A DNA stretch of 64,000 nt from Eledone cirrhosa (taxonomy: Eukaryota): positions 306,962,001-307,026,000 of the forward strand of contig OZ024741.1 in assembly GCA_964016885.1 (NCBI GenBank). The letters are read 5' to 3'. The first letter of the stretch is position 1; each line of letters opens with the position of its first letter. Shown here one piece after another: positions 1-11,092 of the stretch. The position numbers were made by a program, and so were the translations under genes. The notes beneath the pieces are model-generated. The model was not told the origin of the DNA. It was given only the letters and a program-made list of their open reading frames with translations, and made no database searches.

Positions 1-1210
1 AGTGGCAGTGCTGCAAAATGTACCTGGTACATGCCGTGAAGCGGTAGTGCTGGTGCCATGATATAAAGCACCTAGACCAACCACACTGACAAGTGGTAGT
101 GGCAGTGCTGCAAAATGTACCTGGTACATGCCGTGAAGCAGTAGTGCTGGTGCCATGATATAAAGCACCTAGACCAACCACACTGACAAGTGGTAGTGGC
201 AGTGCTGCAAAATGTACCTGGTACATGCCGTGAAGCAGTAGTGTTGGTGCCATGATAAAAAGCACCTAGACCAATCACCTTGACAAGTGGTAGTGGCAGT
301 GCTGCAAAATGTACCTGGTACATGCCGTGTAGCAGTAGTGCTGGTGCCATGATATAAAGCACCTAGACCAACCACACTGACAAGTGGTAGTGGCAGTGCT
401 GCAAAATGTACCTGGTACATGCCGTGAAGCAGTAGTGCTGGTGCCATGATATAAAGCACCTAGACCAACCACACTGACAAGTGGTAGTGGCAGTGCTGCA
501 AAATGTACCTGGTACATGCCGTGTAGCAGTAGTGCTGGTGCCATGATATAAAGCACCTAGACCAACCACACTGACAAGTGGTAGTGGCAGTGCTGCAAAA
601 TGTACTTGGTACATGCCGTGAAGCAGGAGTGCTGGTGCCATGATATAAAGCACCTAGACCAACCACACTGACAAGTGGTAGTGGCAGTGCTGCAAAATGT
701 ACCTGGTACATGCCGTGTAGCAGTAGTGCTGGTGCCATGATATAAAGCACCTAGACCAACCACACTGACAAGTGGTAGTGGCAGTGCTGCAAAATGTACC
801 TGGTACATGCCGTGTAGCAGTAGTGCTGGTGCCATGATATAAAGCACCTAGACCAACCACACTGACAAGTGGTAGTGGCAGTGCTGCAAAATGTACCTGG
901 TACATGCCGTGAAGCGGTAGTGCTGGTGCCATGATATAAAGCACCTAGACCAACCACCTTGACATCGTGGTAGTGGCAGTGCTGCAAAATGTACCTGGTA
1001 CATGCCGTGTAGCAGTAGTGCTGGTGCCATGATAAAAAGCACCTAGACCAACCACCTTGACAAGTGGTAGTGGCAGTGCTGCAAAATGTACCTGGTACAT
1101 GCCGTGAAGCGGTAGTGCTGGTGCCATGATATAAAGCACCTAGACCAACCACCTTGACATCGTGGTAGTGGCAGTGCTGCAAAATGTACCTGGTACATGC
1201 CGTGAAGCAG
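1..1210 (+). repeat. 97-bp tandem satellite, about 12.5 near-identical units; the array runs off the window start
   Basis: Unit AGTGGTAGTGGCAGTGCTGCAAAATGTACCTGGTACATGCCGTGAAGCAGTAGTGCTGGTGCCATGATATAAAGCACCTAGACCAACCACACTGACA recurs every 97 bp. The ORF track repeats at the same period. Confidence 0.97.
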
Positions 1211-1352
1211 TTGGTATTAAGAGGAGCATCCAAATGTGGAAACCACACCAGAAAGGAATGTGAGTGAAGCATGGTCATCTGACCTGCTTAGCCTCAATAT
1301 GACAACCTGTCTAACGCATGCAAACAGAAAATATGTGTGATGATGATGATGA
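1211..1352 (+). mobile_element. Diverged RTE-type LINE/SINE 3' tail ending in (GAT)n
   Basis: TTGGTATTAAGAGGAGCATCCA...CTGTCTAACGCATGC...GATGATGATGAT resembles the RTE tail at 23510-23640. Confidence 0.75.
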
Positions 1353-1584
1353 ACATAAGCACAGGGTCATACTTTTTCAGAAGAGGAGTACAGCTGATAC
1401 AAATGAAACGCTGTACTTAACTGGTATATATTTATATATATATATTTACATACATATATATATATATTTACATACATATATTTATATATATATATATATA
1501 TACACACATCATCATCTTCGTTTAACATCCACTTTCCACGCTAGCATGGGTTATATACATATATTATACATACATACATATATT

Positions 1585-1676
<92 letters not shown>

Positions 1677-1800
1677 GTAGGAGGTGAGTTTTATTGTAGC
1701 GCAATAAAACAATGCAAATACCGGATAAGTAGCACTCTACAGTTTGTAGGACTGGAGTATAAATAATATAAGATCAAATGATGGTTAAAAGAGTTCCAAG

Positions 1801-1871
1801 TATTTTATTATGCGCATTTCAAAAACAAATATCGTCATGGGATGATATCTGCGTTCTCATCAGATAAAATA
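1801..1871 (-). ncRNA. Minimal type-I hammerhead ribozyme, family 1
   Basis: Reverse complement: UAUUUUAU CUGAUGA [stem II] GAAA UGCGCA UA AUAAAAUA. Stem I is 8 bp and helix III is the palindrome AUGCGCAU. Confidence 0.9.
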
Positions 1872-2950
1872 GGGATACATGATATGAAGCTAAAAAAACA
1901 CTTGTGAATAGTGAAGTTTTAAATCAACATATGAAAAATAAATTAAGATTGATGTATGAGATAGGGAAAAAGTGAGGGTTGGGTGGAAAAGGTAAGGAAG
2001 AGGAAGAGATGAGAGTAATGAATTGGGGGGGGGGGTATAAGAAGGAAGGATGAGAGAGGAGGAGAGATGGGTGATAGAGAGAGATATCCTTTACAACTGA
2101 GAAAAAAAATATATTGTCTCACAGAGAGAAATTAAAAAGCCGTTGGAAGATAATAGATAATTTAAAAGAATTTGAAATTAAAAGTTAATGAGGTTTATGC
2201 ATGAAGAGAAAAAGGAATTAAGAATAATATTAAATTAAGGTTTGTATATTGAAGGGTTTAATAATATGTGCGAGGAAAAGAAATTATTAATATGTATTAT
2301 TAAAATAAAAATATTAATGTTATTAAGGATATAATGAGAAAAGAAGGAGAAGAATGAATGAGTTATGAATTTAGAGGAATTTGTTAGTGTTTAAGTTTGT
2401 TTTTATGTAATGTAATATGTGTACGTAAATATGTGTACATAAATAGCTTGTTTAAAAAAACGCAGAAGGCAAAGAAGAAAAGAATGTTTAAGGAAGAAAA
2501 TATCTAACATCAAAAAATATATATGTTTAAGAAATATTTTCTAATGGTAATAATATAATATATTAAAAGAAATTAGTTAGGGTTTAAGTTTGTTTTTATG
2601 TATTGTAATATGTAAAAGTCAAATTTTCTCTTCATGCATAATTCAAATTCTTTTAAATTATCTATTATCTTCCAACGGCTTTTTAATTTCTCTCTGTGAG
2701 ACAATATATACTTTTTTCTCAGTTGTAAAGGCTGTCTCTCTCTCTCTATCACCCATCTCTCCTCCTCTCTCATCCTTCCTTCTTATACTTCTCCCCCACC
2801 ATTCATTACTCACATCTATTCCTCTTCCTTACCTTTTCCAACCCCCCTCATTTTCCCCTATCTCATACATCAATCTTAATTTATTTTTCATATGTTGATT
2901 TAAAACTTCACTATTCACAAGTGTTTTTTAAGCTTCATATCATGTATCCC

Positions 2951-3021
2951 TATTTTATCTGATGAGAACGCAGATATCATCCCATGATGAGATTTGTTTT
3001 TGAAATGCGCATAATAAAATA
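2951..3021 (+). ncRNA. Minimal type-I hammerhead ribozyme, family 1
   Basis: TATTTTAT CTGATGA GAACGCAGATATCATC CCAT GATGAGATTTGTTTTT GAAA TGCGCA TA ATAAAATA. Confidence 0.9.
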
Positions 3022-3041
3022 CTTGGAACTCTTTTAACCAT

Positions 3042-3072
<31 letters not shown>

Positions 3073-3075
<3 letters not shown>

Positions 3076-3416
3076 TCATCATTCATCATTTCATTTTACG
3101 TCCACTTTTCCCTGCTTGCAAGGGTGGGACGGGAACTGATTCTGGATTGATTTCTACAGCTGGATGCCCTTCCTAACACCAACCTCATTTACAGTGAGTG
3201 CTGGGTGCTTTTTTGCCGTGGCACCTCCATGACCACTTTACAGTGGAATGATAGGGATCCCAGTCCCTATCATCTCATTTCTACAGCTGAGTAAACTGGA
3301 GCAACGTGAAATAAAGTGTCTTGCTCAAGGAAACAACACATCACCCGGTCTTAGAATTGAACTCACAACCTTTCGATTGCAAGGCCAATGCTCTAACCAC
3401 TAAGCCATGTGCCTCC

Positions 3417-3419
<3 letters not shown>
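3073..3419 (-). mobile_element. tRNA-headed SINE with CORE-like centre and RTE-derived 3' tail
   Basis: Reverse complement has A box TGGCTTAGTGG, B box GAGTTCAATTC, CCTTGAGCAAGACACTTTATTTCAC and an RTE tail ending in (GAT)n. Homologous to 39449-39791. Confidence 0.85.
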
Positions 3420-3468
<49 letters not shown>

Positions 3469-4385
3469 GATGGTTCTATAGAAATAGTAGACACTTTCCG
3501 TTACCTGGGTGACAAAATCAGCAGTGGTGGAGAGTATTCTGAAAGTACAGTAGCCAGAGTCAGAACGGGATAGAAAAAGTTCAAAGAGCTTATACCACTG
3601 TTGGCCACAAACGGTTTCTCTTTAAACATGAAAGCAGATTGTATGATGCCTGTGTACGAACAGCAATGCTACATGGCAGTAAGACATGGACATTACGTGC
3701 AGAGGACCTGCGCAGACTGGAAAGGAACGAAGCATGCATGCTCCATTGGATGTAATAGTAATATACGTGAACGGCAAAGCATAAATGAACTAAGTGAGAA
3801 ATTAGGAATAAGAGGGATCAGATGCTGTTTACTTGAGAGAAGACTACGTTGGTATGGTCACGTGATGCGCATGAAAGATGACAGCTGCATAAAAAAGTGC
3901 AGGTCGATCAAAATTGATGGTAGTTACGGAGTAGGTAGACCCAGAAAAACCTGGGATGATCTGATAGATTCCGACCTCACACACTTACACCTCTCCAAGA
4001 CAATGTCACTGGACCGAGATCTTTGGCGCTACACAGTAATACAAAGCGAAACCTACAGTCAGTAGGCACCTCTTAACCAAATATACACCCCAATCCACTA
4101 CCCCTACCCTATCCTCCCACTCCCACCAACAGCACAAGTAAATGATATCAAGATCGTGTAGGTGTCACGACAAAAGAAACACACACAGTCCACGCGGTAA
4201 TGTGACCGTGTAGGTAACATGGTAAAAAGTTCCCAGTTTCACACTGTAAATGTGGTTGGTGTTAGAAAGGGCATCCAGCCGTAGAAAACCTGCCAGATAG
4301 TCCTATGGGCGAGACACGGTTATCCAACCAGCCTTGCCTCAAGTGGGACAACTCCCATCTAACCCATGATACCGTGGAAAATGGA
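3469..4385 (+). mobile_element. 5'-truncated, degenerate RTE LINE (RT C-terminus plus 3' UTR)
   Basis: IEIVDTFRYLG, RRLRWYGHVMRM and GRPRKTW motifs, with stops and frameshifts. Confidence 0.9.
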
Positions 4386-4453
4386 TTGTCGAGTGCTTTT
4401 ATATCAGTTATAAATATTTACTAGTTGTAACCCAACAATTTAAATATAACTTT

Positions 4454-4492
<39 letters not shown>

Positions 4493-4496
<4 letters not shown>

Positions 4497-4690
4497 GGAG
4501 GTGAGTTTTATTGTAGCACAATAAAGCAATACAAACTTCACTATTTACAAGTGTTTTTTAAGCTTCATATCATGTATCCCTATTTTATCTGACGAAAACG
4601 CAGATATCATCCCATGATGATATTTGTTTTTGAAATGCGCATAATAAAATACTTGGAACTCTTTTAACCATCTTTTGATCTTATATTATA
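4493..4690. mobile_element. Family 1 pseudo-LTR fragments in inverted arrangement; contains an HHR at 4581-4651 (+, CUGACGA core)
   Basis: Matches 1677-1720 and 2905-3043. TATTTTAT CTGACGA...GAAATGCGCATA ATAAAATA. Confidence 0.85.
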
Positions 4691-4820
4691 TATATATATA
4701 TATATATATATGCTCTGGTTTTTAACTATTGAGCACTTTGCCAGTATCATTTCTGATTTTTGTGTTTCGCTTCGCCTTTCCTACCCGCCGAAAATGCGAT
4801 TCTCGCTGAATCTTTATTTG

Positions 4821-4854
<34 letters not shown>

Positions 4855-4860
<6 letters not shown>

Positions 4861-5090
4861 GATATTAAACAAATGGAAACTATATTTATAAAACCATATT
4901 TATTTCATTATACATATTTCAGGGATACCATATATCCCTGAAATATGTATAATGAAATAAATATGGTTTTATAAATATAGTTTCCATTTGTTTAATATCG
5001 TATATCTACTCCAAAAACTTGTCGAGTGCTTTATATCGGTTATAAAATATTTACTTGTTGTAACCCAACAATTTTAAATAAAACTTTTGC
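4855..5090. repeat. Fold-back hairpin (~70-bp arms, 4855-5005) of pseudo-LTR family 7, plus the family terminus
   Basis: CGATATTAAACAAATGG...TTTCAGGGATA pairs with TATCCCTGAAA...CCATTTGTTTAATATCG. Homologues at 4388-4455, 9091-9470 and 31590-31775. Confidence 0.9.
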
Positions 5091-5751
5091 ATATTTATAT
5101 ATATATATATATATAAATTTTGAGTATATGTTGGTTGTTTACCGACACCTGAGTATGCAGATTGAAGCACTCGACGAAGTACGCAGGTTGGTTTGGTTAC
5201 TCGGGAGTAATGTAAAATAAAGTAATTTATTCTATTTTATTCATTTATTTTTTTACTTCTTCATTTTATTGTATCAAACCTTATTATTTTATTATTTATT
5301 TTACCTTATTTTTTTTAAATATTTTATTTCTTCATTTTACCTTATCTGATTCCATTATCTGTTTGGCACCCCCCACCATGTGAAATGGTGGTAGGATTGA
5401 TGCCAACCCACACACACTCATTCTTCTAAAGACAGCAGCAGTAGAACTAAGGCTGACCCCCTAACACCAATAAACACCAGGGAGGAGGTCAGCTGTACTT
5501 AACAAAAACAACCACAGCAGATTGTCTTGCCTCAGAAAAAACTTTCTATAGACTTTTGACTGAGGAATGTTCTCACAACTGACCAATGGGAGAAGAGAGT
5601 GTCCTATGATGCCGAAATTCGTTTGTTCGAATTCATATGATTCCAGTTCCTCAGAGAAATAACAACCCAACAAGGAACTGGACATATCGGAGTATTGACG
5701 GAGTAAAACACTTTAACAACATGTGTAACTGTCTCTACCACACCAATTCGA

Positions 5752-5806
5752 ACTGCCTGAAGAGGTCACAGCCAATGATGGCTGTCACCGAAATATATAT
5801 AGCAGT
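5752..5806 (+). ncRNA. Intact minimal type-I hammerhead ribozyme, inside a pseudo-LTR-like element at ~5115-5860
   Basis: ACTGC CTGAAGA GGTCACAGCCA ATGA TGGCTGTCACC GAAA TATATA TA GCAGT. Stems I and II pair and helix III is palindromic. Confidence 0.9.
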
Positions 5807-5879
5807 ACATTTTTAATAAATGAAGCCAAATCTTAAATATTTGACTTAATTACTTTATTTTATATATATATATGTATAT

Positions 5880-6080
5880 AAGTTTTAATATAGATGAGAT
5901 TCTACAGGACTAGAACTGTTTCATTCTTTAGAAATCATCCGGAATCTCCTGATGATTTCTAAAGAATGAAACAGTTCTAGTCCTGTAGAATCTCATCTAT
6001 ATTAAAACTTTTATACTCTGCAATGTATTGAGTACCTTACTTACTGTGGTTATCTCCGATTCAACCCGGAATAACGTACC
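5880..6080. repeat. Fold-back hairpin (60-bp arms, 5880-6010) of pseudo-LTR family 2, with a candidate HHR at 5944-5991 (+)
   Basis: Perfect inverted arms with an 11-nt loop. CTGATGA TTTCTAAAGAAT GAAACAG..CTGTA, but stem I is weak. Homologue at 23648-23753. Confidence 0.8.
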
Positions 6081-6088
6081 TATATATG

Positions 6089-6164
<76 letters not shown>

Positions 6165-6169
<5 letters not shown>

Positions 6170-7050
6170 TAGACAATTATCAAAGTTGTGTTCAAATCCT
6201 TTAATAGCTGACAATCGTTTTTTCCAAAATTTCGTTTGGAGTCATCGGAGCATTATCAATGTTTGTACATATAATTAACCTCCTATTCAACTGAACAATC
6301 ATATAGATACATATATATTGATGTTGTGAGCAACATATGTAATGGAATATAATTCAACATATAATTATATATAATTCAACATATGTAATGGAAAGGACTG
6401 CAATAACTTTGTTTTTCTCAACACACACAAATTCGAACACTATCAACATATTACATCCGCCATAGATTTTAATACATTAACATATTTGCTTACCATACAG
6501 TATTTAATTATTTATATATGCATAATACCTTTGCTTATTTCCTTCTCATATATATGACTAACGCACTGCTATTTTACTATTCCTCTCTCAATGTTTCTTT
6601 CACAATGCCTCTTTAATTATTAGACTATTCTCTTGTATTATCTGTTGCATGTATTCCTCTGTGCTTTTAATTTGAATTATTGTATAATTCTCGTTTGATG
6701 TATGTTGCATCCAGTACACCCTATAAATACGAAACTGTTGCTCACAACATCAATATATATTTATCTATATGATTGTTCGGTTGAATAGGAGGTTAATTTT
6801 ATGTACAAACATTGATAATGCTCCGATGACCCCAAATGAGAGTTTGGAAGAAACGATTGTCAGCTATTAAATGATTTGAACACAACTTTGATAATTGTAT
6901 AATTTATTTGCCTGCTCTGTAAAACAACTGATGATCTTAGATTGAGCTATTTCTCTTACTGGTAATAAGGTAATAATAAATTACTGACCTTTCCTGTTTA
7001 TAGCTGTTTATGGTATATACATAACTATAAATAGGATTATTATTATTATT
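6165..7050. mobile_element. Pseudo-LTR family 3 with inverted arms (6165-6335 and 6733-6905)
   Basis: The arms are reverse complements and each carries an HHR motif. Homologue at 17862-17985, related terminus at ~60000-60260. Confidence 0.85.
6817..6868 (+). ncRNA. Hammerhead ribozyme with U4C core (CCGAUGA)
   Basis: GCT CCGATGA CCCCAAAT GAGA GTTTGGAA GAAAC GATT GTC AGC. A degenerate antisense copy lies at 6203-6254. Confidence 0.75.
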
Positions 7051-7052
7051 AT

Positions 7053-7095
<43 letters not shown>

Positions 7096-7098
<3 letters not shown>

Positions 7099-8787
7099 AA
7101 AAAATGAAATTTGAAATTTCATTTCTCACTCTTAGTACGGCTGATACTTAAATATAAGTATGGATACGTAGATACAGTAGTATGTATATACATACATATA
7201 TATATGTACGTATGGGTTTACCGAACATTTATTATAATGTTCGGTTTATTTGTAAACAAACAGCCCGAATTAAGCCGTACGGTGTTCGGCAACCATCGTT
7301 GCCCTTTTGTTCAACACTGACAAAGGAACGATGAATTAGTTTCTAGCTTATTAGCTGTCATCAGCAGCGTATATCCTCTTGTCAGTCGATTGAACGTTTG
7401 AAAGTATATACTTTTCTCATGCATATCAACGGCTGAGAAGCCTAATTTGCATATCGAGTGAGTTAGTCGGCTGGGCGTACCGTAAACGATAATTGGAAAA
7501 AATGAAATTTGAAATTTCATTTCTCACTCTTAGTATGGCTGATACTTAAATATAAATATGTACACGTACATACATATATGTAGACAGACGTACAGTAGTA
7601 TGTATATACATACATACATGCACACATATATATGTACGTATGGGTTTACCGAACATTTATTATAATGTTTGGTTTGTTTGTAAACAAACAGCCCGAATTA
7701 AGCCGTACAGTGTTCGACAACCATCGTTGTCATTTTGTTCAACACTGACAAAGGAACAATGAACTAGTTTCTAGCTTATTAGCTGTCATCAGCACCGTAT
7801 ACCTTCCTGTCAGTTGATTGAACGTTTGAAAGAATATACTTTCCTTATGCATATCAACGGCTGAGCAGCCTAATTTGCATATCGAGTGAGTTAGTCGGCC
7901 TGGCGTACCGAAAACGATAAATGGATAAAATGAAATTTGAAATTTCATTTCTCACTCTTAGTACGGCTGATACTTAAATATAAGTATGTATACGTACATA
8001 CATATATGTATACAGACGTACAGTAATATGTATATACATCCATACATGCACACATATATATATGTACGTAGGGTTTAACGAACATTTATTATTATGTTCG
8101 GTTTGTTTGTAAACAAACAGCCCAAATTATTAGCCGTACAGTGTTTGGCAACCATCGTTGCCCTTTTGTTCAACACTGACAAAGGAACGATGAACTAGTT
8201 TCTAGCTTATTAGCTGTCATCAGCAGCGTATACCTTCCCATCAGTCGATTGAACGTTTGAAAGTATATACTTTCCTTATGCATATTAACGGCTGAGCAGC
8301 CTAATTTGCATATTGAGTGAGTTAGTCGGCCGGGCGTACCGATAACGATAAATGGAAAAAATGAAATTTGAATGAAATTTCATTTCTCACTCTTAGTACG
8401 GCTGATACTTAAATATAAGTATTATACGTACATACATATATGTATAGACATACAGTAGTATGTGTATACATACATACATGCACACATATATATTTGTATG
8501 TATGGGTTTACCGAACATTTATTATAATGTTCGGTTTGTTTGTAAACAAACAGCCCAAATTAAGCTGTACAGTGTTCGGCAACCATCATTGCCCTTTAGT
8601 TCAACACTGACAAAGGAACGATGAACTAGTTTCTAGCTTATTAGCTGTCAGCAGCACCGTACAAATTCCTGTCAGTCGATTGAACGTTTGAAAGTTTATA
8701 ATTTCCTTATGTATATTAACGGCTGAGCAGCCTAATTTGCATATCGAGTGAGTTAGTCGGCCGATTAACTCACTCGATATTCAAATT

Positions 8788-8788
<1 letters not shown>
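7096..8788 (-). repeat. Tandem array of four ~400-431 bp ORF-less units (family 4), one HHR per unit, ending in a fold-back hairpin (retrozyme-like)
   Basis: Unit starts at 7096, 7494, 7922 and 8353. HHRs at 7329-7369, 7757-7797, 8188-8228 and 8619-8659. Terminal hairpin is centred on TCGGCCGA at ~8760. Confidence 0.9.
8188..8228 (-). ncRNA. Minimal hammerhead, family 4 (representative copy with intact core)
   Basis: Reverse complement: CGCUG CUGAUGA C AGCU AAUA AGCU A GAAA CUAG UU CAUCG. Helix III palindrome is ACUAGU. Confidence 0.85.
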
Positions 8789-8818
<30 letters not shown>

Positions 8819-8824
8819 ATATTT

Positions 8825-9016
8825 AATGAAAGAGTTGTGGTAAGGAACTAGATGGACCGTAACGCACCAGAGTACTCGATACTTAGGGTAGTAGAGTGGG
8901 TAATAGGAAAATGTATGACCCCGACGGCAGAGCTCAAGCCGTTTCAACGGCTATTTCTCATCCCAAAATAGCCGTCGTAACGTCTTGAGCTCTGCCGTCG
9001 AGGTCATACATTTTCT

Positions 9017-9018
<2 letters not shown>
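8825..9018. mobile_element. Pseudo-LTR family 6 terminus with fold-back
   Basis: Homologous to 14100-14296, 18540-18646, 37311-37440 and 48235-48536. Inverted arms lie around 8960. Confidence 0.85.
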
Positions 9019-9049
<31 letters not shown>

Positions 9050-9090
9050 ACTTATATACATATATATACTTATATACATATATATATATA

Positions 9091-9466
9091 CGATATTAAC
9101 AAATGGAAACTATATTTATAAAACCATATTTATTTCATTATACATATTTCATGGATACCATGTTAAATTATGGTATGGTTTCATCAGACAAAATACAATA
9201 TATACCAGTTTTATAAATAAACATTGACGTACCCTTTCAAAATGCAACCGTTACTTTTGGAAGACATCAGGATAGTGAAGGCATAATTTAGTGAAGGCAT
9301 AATTTAACATGGTATCCTTGAAATATGTATAATAAAATAAATATGGTTTTATAAATATAGTTTCCATTTGTTAATATCGTATATTTACTCCAAATCCTTG
9401 TCGAGTGCTTTATATCAGTTATAAAAATATTTGCTTGTTGTATCCCAACAATATAAATAGAACTTT

Positions 9467-9470
<4 letters not shown>
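9091..9470. mobile_element. Pseudo-LTR family 7 with inverted arms; HHR at 9131-9195 (-)
   Basis: Reverse complement: UAUUUUGU CUGAUGA ..AUACCAU..AUGGUAU.. GAAA UAUGUA UA AUGAAAUA. Confidence 0.8.
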
Positions 9471-9524
<54 letters not shown>

Positions 9525-9529
<5 letters not shown>

Positions 9530-10117
9530 ATAAATAAAGCTGTAGCTTTCTGTATGTGTGTGTGGACAATTTTTAATGAGGGCTCATATATTCTAAACCT
9601 TTCATGCGGTATCTTTGAAATTTTTTACAGAGCTTCTCCTTGCACAAAACCTGTACATGATCTACAAAAGCTTTCAAAAATCGATATTGTGGCCTTTGGA
9701 GACATTAAAAAATTTTGGTTATTTGTGTGAATTTTCGTGATTAAGTAAGGCAACCGTTATCTTGCGTAATTCGGCTCATTCGGATTTTAATTTACTCTTT
9801 GTACTTGAAACAAAGAGACTAACAATATCATTTTGTATATTTCACAATCAGCAATTTCTAACAGATTACTAAGTTAAGTTATAGATTTGACATTGTATAA
9901 TTTATCATTTCAAGTTTGATTTAATGTTCATTTAATGTTCATACATTAAGTGATGTCATAACTTTCACAATATTATGCTTTTCGCTGGAATAGTGCCTAA
10001 GGTTTTCATGTTTACATAAAGTACGTTTTTCTTCTATGTATTCAAATTTACTTTGTTTAGTTTAATGAGCTACATCGAAAGCTACTTGAACCGTCCAAAG
10101 GACGGATAGTTTAGCTA

Positions 10118-10118
<1 letters not shown>
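9525..10118 (+). mobile_element. Non-autonomous Helitron
   Basis: Subterminal hairpin CCGTCC-AAA-GGACGG (10091-10105) followed by CTAG|T. The 5' region TATATAAATAAAGCTG..GTGTGTGTG resembles the other Helitron 5' ends here. Confidence 0.75.
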
Positions 10119-10200
<82 letters not shown>

Positions 10201-10214
10201 ATATATTTATATAT

Positions 10215-10895
10215 ATATATAAGTATGTATATGTACATACATATATGTATACAGACGTACAGTAGTATGTATATACATACATACATGCACACATATGGGT
10301 TTACCGAATATTTATTATAATGTTCGCTTTGTTTGTAAACAGCCCGAATTAAGCCGTACAGTGTATGTATATATACATATATAACCAACATATATATATA
10401 TATATACATATAAAACCAACATATGTATGTATATACATACTACTGTACGTCTGTATACATACTTATATTTAAGTATCAGCCGTACTAAGAGTGAGAAATG
10501 AAATTTCATTTTTTTCCATTTATCGTTTTCGGTATGACCGGCCGACTAACTCACACGATATGCAAATTAGGCTGCTCATCCCTTAATATGCATAACGAAA
10601 GTATATACTTTCAAACTTTCAATTGACTAACAGGAAGGTATACAGTGCTGATGACAGCTAATAAGCTAGGAACTAGTTCATCGTTCCTTTGTCAGTGTTG
10701 AACAAAATAACAATGATGGTTGCCGAACACTGTACGGCTAATAATTCGGGCTGTTTGTTTACAAACAAACCGAGCATTATAATAAATGTTCGGTAAACCC
10801 ATACGTACATATATATATATGTGTGCATGTATGTATCTATATACATACTACTGTACGTCTGTATACATATATGTATGTACGTATAATACTTATAT
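10215..10895 (+). repeat. Family 4 copies (inverted fragment plus ~1.2 units); degenerate HHR at 10643-10683
   Basis: Homologous to 7096-8788 in the opposite orientation. The core has GGAA instead of GAAA. Confidence 0.85.
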
Positions 10896-11001
10896 TTATA
10901 CATATACACATATATATCGTCTTTTTCTTCCTGTTTTCATATATATATATATACATATACATAAACATATACATATGTACAAATATATATATATATATAC
11001 T

Positions 11002-11087
<86 letters not shown>

Positions 11088-11092
<5 letters not shown>

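Larger units (their letters stand above)
1677..3043. mobile_element. PLE 3'UTR/pseudo-LTR family 1: minus-strand copy (~1677-2590) fused to an inverted plus-strand copy (~2590-3043)
   Basis: Both arms are homologous to 28545-29500, which lies downstream of the PLE ORF at 29808-31066. Flanked by (TA)n. Confidence 0.85.

Noticed and set aside
1-1210. CRISPR-like regular array
   Set aside because: There are no unique spacers and no cas genes, and the context is eukaryotic.
72-1278. Repeated 96-aa Cys/His-rich ORFs
   Set aside because: They arise from the 97-bp period, which is not a multiple of 3. There is no coding signal.
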